This document shows, one piece after another, positions 47,944 to 57,533 of a stretch of DNA of 64,000 nucleotides. The notes below the pieces were generated by a model. The model ran no database searches. It was not told where the DNA came from and was given only the letters and a program-made list of their open reading frames with translations. Numbering within the stretch: position 1 is the first letter of the stretch; each line of letters starts with the position of its first letter. The position numbers and the translations under genes are program-made. This DNA is from Vicinamibacterales bacterium (GTDB lineage Bacteria; Acidobacteriota; Vicinamibacteria; Vicinamibacterales; JAMQPK01): the NCBI GenBank assembly GCA_963738315.1, contig CAVTVT010000003.1:1466595-1530594 (forward strand). The letters run 5' to 3'.

Positions 47944-48999
47944 ATGAAGGCGCTTCTCCTCGTCGGAGGCATGGGCACGCGGCTGCGTCCGCTGACGGTC
48001 CATTCGCCCAAATCCATCGTGCCGATCTTCGACACGCCGTTTCTGCAGTATCAGCTCGACCTGATCAAGCGGGTCCCCGAGATCGACGAGGTCATCCTCA
48101 GCCTGAACTACCAGCCCGACCGCATCAGGGAGGTCTTCGGCGACGGCATGCGCGCCGGCATCCGGCTTCGCTACGTCGTCGAGCCGACGCCGCTGGGCAC
48201 GGCCGGGGGGGTGCGATTCGCGAGCGAAGGCGTCACCGACACGCTCGTCGTCTTCAACGGCGACGTGCTCACGCAAATCGATCTGGCCGCGATCGTCGCG
48301 CTCCACCGCTCGCGCCAGGCCAAGGCCACGATCGTGCTGACCCCGGTGGAGAACCCGACGGCGTACGGCCTGGTCGAGACCGATGCCGACGGGAACGTAC
48401 GCCGCTTCGTTGAAAAGCCCAAGCCCGAGGAGATCACCTGCGACACGATCAACGCCGGCATCTACGTGCTGGAGCCGGCGACCTTCGATCGCATACCGCG
48501 GAACGTGCCCTGGTCGATCGAGCGGAGCTTCTTCCCATCGTTCGTCGAGCGCGGCGAGACGTTCGTGGCGGCCATCTACCGCGACTACTGGATCGATATC
48601 GGCACCCCGGAGAAGTACCTCCAGGTCCACCGCGACATCATGGACGGCCGCTACGCCGCACCCCCGTTCGGCGGGCGCACGGGAGCCGCCTGGATCTCTC
48701 CAGAGGCGCACGTGGCGGCCGACGTCCGTCTCGATGGGCCGGTATTCGTCGATGCGGGGTCCCAGGTGGCATCGGGGGCGCGCCTCGGGCCGTACGCCGT
48801 GGTCGGCAGGAACTGCGTCATCGGCGAGGGCACGAGCGTTCGGGGATCGATTCTCTGGCCCGGGACGCGGATCGATCGCGAGGCCGCCGTGACCGACGCC
48901 ATCTTCGGACGCAGCTGCCATGTCGGCGCGCACGCCGCCATCGCGCGCGCCATGTTCGGCGACCGCACCAGCATCCCCGAGTACAGCCGCAATCTCTGA
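47944..48999 (+). CDS. sugar-1-phosphate nucleotidyltransferase (mannose-1-phosphate guanylyltransferase-like) with C-terminal left-handed beta-helix
   Basis: ORF 47944..48999(+) contains LLVGGMGTRLRPLT and YWIDIGTPEKY, followed by hexapeptide-repeat-like sequence at the C-terminus. Confidence 0.85.
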   Translation: MKALLLVGGMGTRLRPLTVHSPKSIVPIFDTPFLQYQLDLIKRVPEIDEVILSLNYQPDRIREVFGDGMRAGIRLRYVVEPTPLGTAGGVRFASEGVTDTLVVFNGDVLTQIDLAAIVALHRSRQAKATIVLTPVENPTAYGLVETDADGNVRRFVEKPKPEEITCDTINAGIYVLEPATFDRIPRNVPWSIERSFFPSFVERGETFVAAIYRDYWIDIGTPEKYLQVHRDIMDGRYAAPPFGGRTGAAWISPEAHVAADVRLDGPVFVDAGSQVASGARLGPYAVVGRNCVIGEGTSVRGSILWPGTRIDREAAVTDAIFGRSCHVGAHAAIARAMFGDRTSIPEYSRNL

Positions 49000-49020
49000 C
49001 TTCGTGAGCCGACGACATCC

Positions 49021-50370
49021 ATGAATCCAGACATCTTCAAGGCGTACGACGTACGTGGCATCTATCCGGCCGAGCTCGACGAGGCCGCCTTCAGACACAT
49101 CGGACGGGCGTTCGTCGCGTACCTGAATGCGACGCGGATCGGCGTGGGCCGCGACATGCGGGTGTCATCTCCGAGCCTGGCGGCGGCCTTCATCGAGGGT
49201 GCCCGGGAACAGGGCGCGGACGTCGTCGATTTCGGGATGATCGCGACCGACATGATCTACTACGGCGTCGGCACCGAAGGGCTCGACGGCGGCGCGCAGA
49301 TCACGGCGTCGCACAATCCGAAGCAGTACAACGGATGCAAGATGGTCGGCAAGGGCAACGTGCCGCTCAGCGGCGACAGCGGCATCTCGGACATCCGCGA
49401 GATGATCGGCGCGAACCGGATTCCTTCGCCGCCGCGCGGCCCTGGCGCGATCGAGGCCAAGTCGATTCTCGCCGGCTACGTCGCACACGTCCTGCGGTTC
49501 ATCGACCCGTCGATCGTGAAGCCGTTCAACGTTGTGCTCGACGCGGGCTGCGGCATGGGCGGCCTCGTGGCGCCCGAACTCTTCAAGCGGCTCCCATGCA
49601 GGACGACCGCGCTGTGCTTCGGGATCGACGGCACCTTTCCGACCCACGAGGCCAATCCGCTGATCGAGGAAAACCGGCGCGACATCGTGGCGCGTGTGGT
49701 GCGCGAGAAGGCCGATATCGGCATCGCGTGGGACGGCGACGCCGACCGCTGCTTCTTCATCGACGGCGACGGCGAGTTCGTGTCGGGCGACTTCGTCACG
49801 GCGCTGCTCGCCGAGGCGTTCCTGCTCAAAGAGCCTGGCGCCACCGTCATCTACGATCTACGCGCGAGCCACGCCATCCAGGACGTCGCCGCGCGCTACG
49901 GCGGCACGGCGCTCATGAACCGGGTCGGCCATGCCTTCTTCAAGGCGCGCATGCGCGAGACCAACGGCGTCTTCGGCGGCGAGGTCACCGGGCACTACTA
50001 CTTCCGGGACAATTTCTACTGCGACAACGGCTTCATTCCCGCGATGCTCATGCTCGAGCTGATGTCCAAGAAGGGGCAGTCGCTCAAGGAGCTGCTCGCG
50101 CCGCTACGGCAGAAATATTTCATCTCCGGCGAGATCAACACGAAGCTCGCGAGCATGGATGCCGTCGCGCCGAAGCTCGACCTTCTCGCGGCGCGGTACG
50201 CTGCCGGGAAGCAGTACCGGCTCGACGGCCTGTCTGTCGAGTACGCCGACTGGCACTTCAACGTGAGGCCGTCGAACACCGAGCCGCTGCTGCGCCTGAA
50301 TCTCGAAGCGACATCGCAGCGCCTGATGGAAGAAAAGCGGGACGAGGTGCTGGAGCTGATACGCCGCTGA
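49021..50370 (+). CDS. phosphomannomutase/phosphoglucomutase
   Basis: ORF 49021..50370(+) has the phosphoserine loop ITASHNPKQYNG, the Mg loop WDGDADRCFF and GGEVTGHYYF. Confidence 0.92.
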   Translation: MNPDIFKAYDVRGIYPAELDEAAFRHIGRAFVAYLNATRIGVGRDMRVSSPSLAAAFIEGAREQGADVVDFGMIATDMIYYGVGTEGLDGGAQITASHNPKQYNGCKMVGKGNVPLSGDSGISDIREMIGANRIPSPPRGPGAIEAKSILAGYVAHVLRFIDPSIVKPFNVVLDAGCGMGGLVAPELFKRLPCRTTALCFGIDGTFPTHEANPLIEENRRDIVARVVREKADIGIAWDGDADRCFFIDGDGEFVSGDFVTALLAEAFLLKEPGATVIYDLRASHAIQDVAARYGGTALMNRVGHAFFKARMRETNGVFGGEVTGHYYFRDNFYCDNGFIPAMLMLELMSKKGQSLKELLAPLRQKYFISGEINTKLASMDAVAPKLDLLAARYAAGKQYRLDGLSVEYADWHFNVRPSNTEPLLRLNLEATSQRLMEEKRDEVLELIRR

Positions 50371-50645
50371 CTGCGGAGCGCACGTGCGGGCGCCGGCCGG
50401 CTTTGTCACGGGGTCGGCAACATCGGATGACGTCGTCGCGGAGGTTCGAGCGCTCAGAGCCGACCTGGGGAAATCGACAGCGGCGAGCATCAAGACACAG
50501 TTGCTCGTTGCGCGCCTGCAAGTCGAAGAACAACGGATGAACATCCTCAACAGCAGATCGTCGACGCACCGAGCCAGCTCGCAGGCGTTGCCAGGGCCTC
50601 GCGCACCTGGCGTTGGAGATGACTCGGCTCAGCGATGCGTCCCCG

Positions 50646-51431
50646 CTACTTCAGCGACGCCAGCTTCTTGAGATCGATTGCACCGGCGGCCGAATGCAGC
50701 ACGCCAGCATCCCTGAGGTTGCGGCCTTCGAGCTGCACGATGAAGCGGTTGTTCACGAGCACCGTCAGCTCACCCGACTTGTCTTCACCGTTCCACTTCT
50801 CGAGCGCCGGATTGCCGTCGATCTTCGTCGCCTTCTCGTACCCGCTGTCGGTCTCCTTCTCGTAACCCGAATTCAACATCATGGCGGCCGGCGCAAGGAT
50901 GAGCTGATTGAACGCCGAGTCGCTGATCTGTGCGTCGAGCTCGGCATCGCCGTTTGTGTAGGTGACCTTCGCCTCCGAGTAGGTGACCGGGCTCGTCATC
51001 CGCTCGCCGGTCGGGCGTCCCTTCTTCCAGCCGGAGATGTCGCCGAGCGCCGCCTCGAGCTCCCGGAAGCTGACCGGCTCGACCACCTTTCGCTGGCCGT
51101 TGGAGCCGGCGGCCATCTGCTGAAAGCCTCTGGCCAGCCCTTCGAGTCCCCTGCCGAAATTCTCCGCAGCGGTCTGCATCTCCTGACTACCCGGAGACTG
51201 CGCTGCTCCGGCGCCCGCGGACGTGGCGCTGCCGCCCTGCTGCATGCCACCGCCCTCCGTCGCGCCGCTCCCGGGCGCCGGACTCGTCGTCGGCGACGAT
51301 CCGCCCGGATTGGCGGCGGCGTTCTGGGACTGACCTGGTTCGGCGGCCTGACCGGGCGCCTTGCCGCAGCCGCCGGCGACCGCCGCACATGCGGCCGCGA
51401 CGGCAAAGACAGTAACGATGTGAGTACGCAT
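50646..51431 (-). CDS. lipoprotein, hypothetical
   Basis: Within ORF 50646..51776(-). A strong RBS GAAGGAGG precedes ATG at 51431. The lipobox is AVAGGC, followed by a low-complexity G/S/P/A linker and then a globular C-terminal domain. Confidence 0.65.
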   Translation of the reverse strand: MRTHIVTVFAVAAACAAVAGGCGKAPGQAAEPGQSQNAAANPGGSSPTTSPAPGSGATEGGGMQQGGSATSAGAGAAQSPGSQEMQTAAENFGRGLEGLARGFQQMAAGSNGQRKVVEPVSFRELEAALGDISGWKKGRPTGERMTSPVTYSEAKVTYTNGDAELDAQISDSAFNQLILAPAAMMLNSGYEKETDSGYEKATKIDGNPALEKWNGEDKSGELTVLVNNRFIVQLEGRNLRDAGVLHSAAGAIDLKKLASLK

Positions 51432-51739
51432 GGACCGACCTCCTTCTATGGCGACCGACAGGAACGTTCGACTCTCCGATGGAGACCAGGGGTACGCGAC
51501 GCGGATTGTAACCGAGGGCACGGTTGTCGTCGCGCGGATCTCTTCGAGGGGCGGTGCTCGCACCGATCGCGGCGCGCGGAATGCTACATACGCCACCCAG
51601 AGCCGTGGCGAGAACAACGAAGACTGTTCCATTTCCCGGGCAGAGCGCGAGGGGCCAGAACACGATGCAACGGATCGGCTAGAATAGGCACTTTCGGGTA
51701 AGCCGGACGCTGAAGCGACGCGCGCCAAATGGGCCTCGA

Positions 51740-51813
51740 GCGGGGTTAGCATAGTGGTAATGCTCTGGCTTCCCAAGCCAGCTAGGCGGGTCCGATTCCC
51801 GTACCCCGCTCCA
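51740..51813 (+). tRNA. tRNA-Gly (anticodon CCC)
   Basis: The cloverleaf was folded by hand: acceptor GCGGGGT/ACCCCGC, D arm GCAT-AGTGGTA-ATGC, anticodon arm CTGGC-TTCCCAA-GCCAG, T arm GCGGG-TCCGATT-CCCGT, and an encoded CCA. Confidence 0.93.
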
Positions 51814-51861
51814 ACGTCCCCGCACGTCAGCGGCGAGGCCCGCCCCTCAACGTCCCACTGA

Positions 51862-52230
51862 CTACTGAAGCGACTGGTTGATTTCTTCCACCAGGGTGTC
51901 CGGTGGGCACGGCTTCATCAGCAGGCGCACGCCGAGCTGCGAGGCCATGTCGGTCAGCTCGGGCCGCTCGCGCCCCGTGATGACGACGACCGGGATCCGG
52001 CTGGTGCGGAGATCCGAGCGGAGACGGCGAATGACCTCCCAGCCGTCGAGGGTCGGCAGGCCGAGATCCGTGAGAATGACATGTGGAGCCGATTCACAGG
52101 CGCGCGTGAAACCCTCCATGCCCGTGCGTGCCGTCACCACCGAGAAACCGCTGAACGTCAGGACTTCCGTATAGAGGTCCCGGGTGTCGCGATCATCCTC
52201 AATGACGAGAACGGTCCGGCTGAGAGACAT
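51862..52230 (-). CDS. single-domain response regulator (CheY-like receiver)
   Basis: ORF 51862..52230(-) has VLVIEDD, the phospho-acceptor context [13 protein letters not shown], and conserved T (VVVIT) and K (LMKP). Confidence 0.88.
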   Translation of the reverse strand: MSLSRTVLVIEDDRDTRDLYTEVLTFSGFSVVTARTGMEGFTRACESAPHVILTDLGLPTLDGWEVIRRLRSDLRTSRIPVVVITGRERPELTDMASQLGVRLLMKPCPPDTLVEEINQSLQ

Positions 52231-52936
52231 CTCCGATCAATATTTCTTGGCTCGTATGGCCTGTCAAGGGCCGGGTTACCCGCCGGCTTCCCGTACCGAT
52301 TTTTACACCCGCACTGGTCCCAATCCGGCTCGCTCCCGCCTCCACGAAGGCCCGAAACGCCTGGTAGTCGCGGATCCCTCCCGCGGCCTTGACGCCCAAC
52401 CGCGATCCGACCACCTGCCTCATCAGCACCACGTCGGCCACCGTGGCGCCCCCGGGTCCGAAACCCGTGGAGGTCTTGACGTAATCGGCGCCGGCGGCCT
52501 TCGCGAGCACGCACGCCGCAACCTTCTCCTCCTGCGTCAGCAGCGCCGCCTCGATGATCATCTTCGCGAGCGCGCCGGACCGGCGGCAGATACCCACCAC
52601 CGCCGCCATGTCGCTCTCGACGCGCCCGCGCTCGCCCGACTTGAGCGCGCCGATGTCGATCACCATGTCCACTTCCGAGGCGCCGTCGTCGATCACACGG
52701 CTGCACTCGCAGACCTTCACGTCAGTGGTCGTGGCGCCCAGGGGAAAACCCACCACGGAGCAGACCCCGACGCCGCTCCCGCGCAGCGCCCCAGCCGTAT
52801 CGGCCACCCACACCGGATTGACGCACACGGTGGCAAATCCGAACTCCCGCGCCTCGCCGCAGAGCCTCTCGATCTCCGAGCGCGACGCGTCTGGCTTCAG
52901 CAGCGTGTGGTCGATGAGAGCTGCGACGGACTTCAT
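52199..52936 (-). CDS. deoC: deoxyribose-phosphate aldolase (C-terminal tail suspect)
   Basis: ORF 52199..52936(-) contains [15 protein letters not shown] and the Schiff-base Lys context DYVKTSTGF. After ..SAGVKI the tail is atypical and overlaps the receiver gene. A 1-nt shift near 52296 would give IVREAGG-stop at 52278-52276. Confidence 0.85.
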   Translation of the reverse strand: MKSVAALIDHTLLKPDASRSEIERLCGEAREFGFATVCVNPVWVADTAGALRGSGVGVCSVVGFPLGATTTDVKVCECSRVIDDGASEVDMVIDIGALKSGERGRVESDMAAVVGICRRSGALAKMIIEAALLTQEEKVAACVLAKAAGADYVKTSTGFGPGGATVADVVLMRQVVGSRLGVKAAGGIRDYQAFRAFVEAGASRIGTSAGVKIGTGSRRVTRPLTGHTSQEILIGDVSQPDRSRH

Positions 52937-52964
52937 GCGTTCATGCTACCCTTCGGGCGCAATC

Positions 52965-53481
52965 GTGAGGGTACTCTTCTCCGCCGAGCAGATACACGCG
53001 CGCGTCCGCGCCCTCGCCGCCCAGATCGACGCAGATTATCCGCGGGATCGCCCGCTCCACCTCGTGGCGGTACCTGAAGGGCGCCTTCGTGTTCCTCTCC
53101 GATCTCGTGCGCGCCCTTCCCAGGCCGGTCACGCTGGACTTCATCGCCGTCTCCAGCTACGGCGCCGCCACCCGGAGCTCAGGCCAGGTGAGGCTGCTCA
53201 AGGACCTCGACATCCCTCTTCAGGGACGCGACGTGATCATCGTCGAAGACATCGTCGATACGGGCGTGACGCTGGCATATCTGCTCGAGATTCTCCGCGC
53301 CCGCAGTCCGCACAGCCTCCGCACTGCGTGCCTGCTCAGCAAACCGGGCCGGCGGCAGGTCGACGTCCTCGTGCAGTACGTGGGCTTCGAGATCGACGAC
53401 TGCTTCGTCGTCGGCTACGGACTGGACCATGCCGGCCTTCACCGGCAGCTTCCCTATATCGCCATTCACGAGGACGCGTGA
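52965..53481 (+). pseudogene. hpt: hypoxanthine phosphoribosyltransferase, one frameshift as sequenced
   Basis: VRVLFSAEQIHARVRALAAQIDADY..HLVAV is in ORF 52554..53522. It continues LKGAFVFLSDLVRAL..VIIVEDIVDTGVTL (PRPP motif) in ORF 53089..53481. The junction lies near 53070-53075. The start is GTG at 52965, with ATG at 52935 as an alternative. Confidence 0.85.
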
Positions 53482-53487
53482 GCGGGT

Positions 53488-54890
53488 CTAGGGCGTGCCC
53501 GCCCGCCCCACCGCCTCCCTGACCGCCTGCGAGAGCTGTCGCGCCCGCGCGATCACCGCGGCCTCGTCGAGGGTGGCGAGGCGCCGGTCTCGCATCAGCA
53601 CGCGCCCGTTCACGATGACGTCGCGGACGTCGTCTCCGTGGCTGACGTAGACGAGATGCGAGACGGGATCGTACATCGGCGTCTGCCGCGGCCCCTTCAT
53701 TGAGACCGCGATCAGGTCGGCGCGCTTTCCGGCCTCGAGCGACCCGATCTCGCCCTCCAGCCCGAGCGCCCGCGCGCCTCCGATTGTCGCCATTTCGAGC
53801 ACCGTGGGGGCCGCGAGCACGCCCGGATCGCCCTGTGGACCTTCTGGAGCAGCGCCGCCGTCCGCATGGCCTCGAACATGTCGAGGTCGTTGTTGCTCGC
53901 GGCGCCGTCGGTGCCGAGTCCGACGGCCAGTCCTGCCGCCAGCATCGCCGGAACCGGCGCGATGCCGCTCGCCAGCTTCATGTTGCTCTCGGGATTGTGC
54001 GACACGGCCACTCGACGCCTCGAGAGAATGGCGATATCAGCGGGCGATAACCAGACGCCGTGGGCCGCCAGCGTGCGAGGCGCGAAGAAACCAATCGAGT
54101 CGAGATAGCCGGCGGGAGTCATGCCGTCGTGCATCGAGCGGGACTGCGCCACCTCGGCGGCGGTTTCGGCAAGATGGATGATCAGCGGGACTTCGTACTT
54201 CCGGGCGAGCGCCGCCGCCGCACGGAGCGTCTCTTCGTCGTTGGTGTACGGCGCATGCGGCGCGACGGCGGGGACGATCAGGTCGTCGTGCTGATATTCG
54301 CGGATGAAGGCCTCGGCCCGGACCAGGCCTTCCGCCGGGGTCCTGGCGTCCGCGACAGGAAACCGGATGACCGTCTGCCCGAGGACGCCCCTCAGGCCCG
54401 CCTGCCGGGTCGCGCGCGCAATCTCCTCCTCGAAGTAGTACATGTCGGCGTACATGCTCGTGCCCGAGCGAATCATCTCGGCGGCGGCCAGCAGGGTGCC
54501 CGCGCGCACCATCTCTCTCGAGACGCTTCTGGCCTCGGCCGGAAAGATGTACCGCTCGAGCCACTCCCGCAGCGGCAGGTCGTCGGCGAGGCCGCGGTAC
54601 AGGACCATCGGCGCGTGCGTGTGCGTGTTGATGAGGCCCGGGATGACGACCGTGCCGCGGGCATCGATGGTGGCTGCCGCCCGGACGCGCGCGGTCACGT
54701 CGGAGGCGGGGCCCACGGCTGCGATGTCGCGGCCTTCAATCGCGACCGCGCCCGGGTCGTAGATGTGCCGGGATCCGTCGACGGTGACCACGACGCCGCC
54801 GGTGACCAGCAGCGAGACCCGGCGGCGAGGGCTTTGCGCGTGCGCGATCGCGACAGCGCCAATCGCCAGGAGGACGGCGATGCGTCTCAT
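53488..54890 (-). pseudogene. amidohydrolase (MtaD/chlorohydrolase-like deaminase family), one frameshift as sequenced
   Basis: ORF 53712..54890(-) has a signal-like N-terminus, the metal motif GLINTHTHAPM, IHLAET and GTDGAASNN. After ..ALLQK the sequence continues GDPGVLAAPTVLEMATIGGARALG..KRADLI in ORF 53488..53820. The junction lies near 53840. Confidence 0.82.
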
Positions 54891-54961
54891 CGGCGCCGCA
54901 TTATCCCTCGATTCTGATTCGTCCGCCGCCGCTCCGCTTCCCCGATGCTATAGTCTCGCCC

Positions 54962-55585
54962 GTGGCGGTTCATCTCATCACGCATCCGCTCGTTCAGGAC
55001 GCGCTGCTCAGGCTTCGCGACGTCAGCACGGACACCGAAGAGTTCCGCCGCCTGTCGGTGCGCATCAGCGTGCTGCTCGTCGCAGAGGCTCTTCGCGACC
55101 TTCCCACGGAGCCCGCGACGGCGCACACCCCGCTCGAGATCGCGCACGGCGTCCGGGTCTCGCGCGAGGTCGTCGTGATTCCGGTGCTCCGCGCAGGCCT
55201 CGGCATGCTCGAGGCGGTGCTGACGCTGCTGCCATCGGCGCGCGTCGGCCACATCGGCCTGCAGCGCGACGAGTCCACGGCCCAGGCATCGAGGTACTAC
55301 GCGAAGATTCCAGGGAAACTGAAGGACGCGTGCGCCGTGCTCGTCGATCCGATGCTGGCCACCGGCGGCAGCGCCGTGGCGGCGTTGGATTTGATGAAGC
55401 AGGCCGGTGCCACCGACATCCGCATGGTCTGCATCGTCGCCGCCCCCGAGGGCATCGCGCTCGTCGAGCAGGCGCATCCCGACGTAGACATCTACACACC
55501 GGTCGTCGATCGCGGCCTGAACTCGCAGAAGTACATCCTGCCGGGACTCGGGGACTTCGGCGACCGGTTGTACGGCACCTGGTGA
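54962..55585 (+). CDS. upp: uracil phosphoribosyltransferase
   Basis: ORF 54962..55585(+) has the PRPP loop VLVDPMLATGGSA and ends YILPGLGDFGDRLYGT. Confidence 0.93.
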   Translation: MAVHLITHPLVQDALLRLRDVSTDTEEFRRLSVRISVLLVAEALRDLPTEPATAHTPLEIAHGVRVSREVVVIPVLRAGLGMLEAVLTLLPSARVGHIGLQRDESTAQASRYYAKIPGKLKDACAVLVDPMLATGGSAVAALDLMKQAGATDIRMVCIVAAPEGIALVEQAHPDVDIYTPVVDRGLNSQKYILPGLGDFGDRLYGTW

Positions 55586-55699
55586 CGAGGCGCGCCGAAG
55601 GCTCGCGCACGCCGGCGCCTCCAGGCCGGGCACCAGACGGCAACGGCCGGCTCGGGCCGGCCGCTTCCTCTGCAAGTAAACTGCTCGGTGCTGGTTAGC

Positions 55700-55774
55700 T
55701 GGTGGGCGCTAGTGGATTCGAACCACTGACCCCCGCCGTGTGAAGGCGATGCTCTACCGCTGAGCCAAGCGCCC
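55700..55774 (-). tRNA. tRNA-Val (anticodon CAC)
   Basis: The reverse complement folds as acceptor GGGCGCT/AGCGCCC, D arm GCTC-AGCGGTA-GAGC, anticodon arm TCGCC-TTCACAC-GGCGG, T arm AGTGG-TTCGAAT-CCACT, and an encoded ACCA end. Confidence 0.93.
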
Positions 55775-55842
55775 GACCGTCCGGCCGAGACCGGAGAGTT
55801 GGTAGTGGGCCGGCCCGTGCCGTGCCCCGATGAGTGAGTCTA

Positions 55843-56382
55843 CTATTTTTTCGCCTCAGCCAGAAGCGCGCCGAGAATCTTCGCGTACACCTCGTCCGAC
55901 GCCGCGAACGCCTTGGTGTATTCGGCCTCGGACAGCTTCTGCGCGTCCCAGTCGCCGTCGAACACGTAGCGCTTCGTGCCTTCGGTCCAGGAATCGAACC
56001 CTTCGGACTTCTTGGCCGTCAGTCCCGGCGCGCCCATATCGAGCACGAAAATCTTCGAGTCGGGCGCCGCTGTTCCGTTGAGCTCGGTGTACACGTCACG
56101 ATACTCCTTCTTCGCGAGCCGGGCGTCCATCAGCTGCGGAACGGAGTACTTGCCCGACACGACGAGCAGCTGAGCGCCGGGGAAGTACAGAGCCGCGTCG
56201 TATCGCTCGGGGTCGGCAAGATCCTTCACGGCAATCGCGTCGAGCTTCTTCGAGTCCAGGACATCCGCCAGCTCCTTGCCGACGATTGCCGACTTGGAGG
56301 TCTGGGCTGCCGCCGGGGAGGCGGCCGTGAGTGCGGCAAGAACGGCGGCCGCAAGGCCGAGAAAGACGGCGGGCCTGTTCAT
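55843..56382 (-). CDS. secreted hypothetical protein
   Basis: ORF 55843..56382(-) has the RBS GGAGGAG and the signal peptide MNRPAVFLGLAAAVLAALTAASPAAA. It has no recognisable motif and lies downstream of the mla genes. Confidence 0.6.
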   Translation of the reverse strand: MNRPAVFLGLAAAVLAALTAASPAAAQTSKSAIVGKELADVLDSKKLDAIAVKDLADPERYDAALYFPGAQLLVVSGKYSVPQLMDARLAKKEYRDVYTELNGTAAPDSKIFVLDMGAPGLTAKKSEGFDSWTEGTKRYVFDGDWDAQKLSEAEYTKAFAASDEVYAKILGALLAEAKK

Positions 56383-56430
56383 GAAGCTCCTCCGGTATGA
56401 ATCGGCTCGTTACACCTGGTGACGACACGG

Positions 56431-56459
56431 TTTGTAGCATTCCGCGACGCCAGAGTCAA
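56431..56459 (-). promoter_or_regulatory. sigma-70-type promoter candidate for 55843..56382
   Basis: On the minus strand, TTGACT (56459-56454), a 17-nt spacer, then TACAAA (56436-56431). It lies in the gap between the corrected mlaD stop (56483) and the next start. Confidence 0.4.
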
Positions 56460-56482
56460 TTTCGGCAGGCGGGCGCACGGCT

Positions 56483-57524
56483 TCAGAAGATGCTGGCCTT
56501 CACGCTCAGGAACTTCCTCGGGATCCTTCCTGATGTCCGCCAGCAGGCCCTGCAGCTCCGACATCGTGCGATTCATGTTGTCGTAGAGCTGCTGATCGCG
56601 CATCAGCTTCCCCATGGTGCCCTGCCCCTCGTTGAGGCTGCGCGTGAGCTGCTCGAGCTGGGTCGTCACCGCCGTGAGCCGATCGTACAGGGCCGTGTCA
56701 TTCATGAGCTTGCCCGCCGTCCCCTGTCCCTGGTTCAGCTTGGCCGACAGGCTCTCGAAGTTGGCGGTTGCCGCCGAGAGCGACTTCGCGAATGCCGGGT
56801 CGTTCATGAGCTGGCCGATGCTGCCCTGCCCCTGATTGATCTTGTTCGTGATCGCCGTCAGGTTTTCCATGGATGCCTGGAGCTGCCGCGCGGTCTCGGG
56901 ATTGGTGAGGAGCTGGCCGAGCGTGCCGCGCCCGCGCTGGAGCCCGTCGGTGACCTCGCGCGCCGAAGCGGTGAACCGCTGCAGCTCGGTGTAGAGCTGC
57001 TCATCGGTGAGCAGCTTGCCCACGGTGCCGCGGCCGGCGCGCAGATCGTGAAGGATGGCGTTCAGGTCGGCGATGCCGGCGCTCGCCTGCGCCGTGACGT
57101 CGGACAGGGCCGCCGCCGCGCCGCCGGTGGGGACATAGCCCCAATCCGGAATCGGCTCGCCGGTGGTGGTCGCGGTGATGTCCACCGCGCCTTCGCCGAG
57201 CAGCGACATGGAGCCGATCGTGGCGACCGACGTGCTCCGTACGTGCGGCTGCATGTCGCGGCGCAGCTCCAGCGTCATCTCGATCTGGGATCCGGCGAAC
57301 TGCAGGTCGGCGACGGTGCCGACCCGCACGCCAGCCACGCGCACGATCGATCCCTTGTTCACGCCGCCGGCGTTCGCAAACCGCGCTTTGACGTTGTAGC
57401 GCTGCCACCAGAAGCCTCCCTCGCCGCTCAGCGTCACGATCAGCGTCGCGGCGATGAAGATCGCCACGACCGCCATGATGCCGATCTTCAGCTCCGACCA
57501 TCTCAACGAACGCGTTCGAGGCAT
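56483..57524 (-). CDS. mlaD: MCE/MlaD-family protein with five 34-aa C-terminal repeats (frameshift in the last ~12 codons as sequenced)
   Basis: ORF 56379..57524(-) has an N-terminal TM segment and the MCE domain (ARFANAGGVNKGSIVRVAGVRVGTV). After ..DIRKDP the family-typical ending RKFLSVKASIF-stop (TGA 56485-56483) is in another frame, with the junction near 56520. Confidence 0.82.
56535..57044 (-). repeat. five tandem 34-codon repeats inside mlaD
   Basis: The units are LRAGRGTVGKLLTDEQLYTELQRFTASAREVTDG, LQRGRGTLGQLLTNPETARQLQASMENLTAITNK, INQGQGSIGQLMNDPAFAKSLSAATANFESLSAK, LNQGQGTAGKLMNDTALYDRLTAVTTQLEQLTRS and LNEGQGTMGKLMRDQQLYDNMNRTMSELQGLLAD (aa 161-330). Confidence 0.85.
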
Positions 57525-57533
57525 CTGAATTCC

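Noticed and set aside
51430-51687. 85-aa ORF (+) in the tRNA-Gly upstream region as a protein-coding gene
   Set aside because: Its codon third positions are far less GC-biased than in neighbouring genes. It has no RBS, and its start would overlap the lipoprotein gene start on the other strand.
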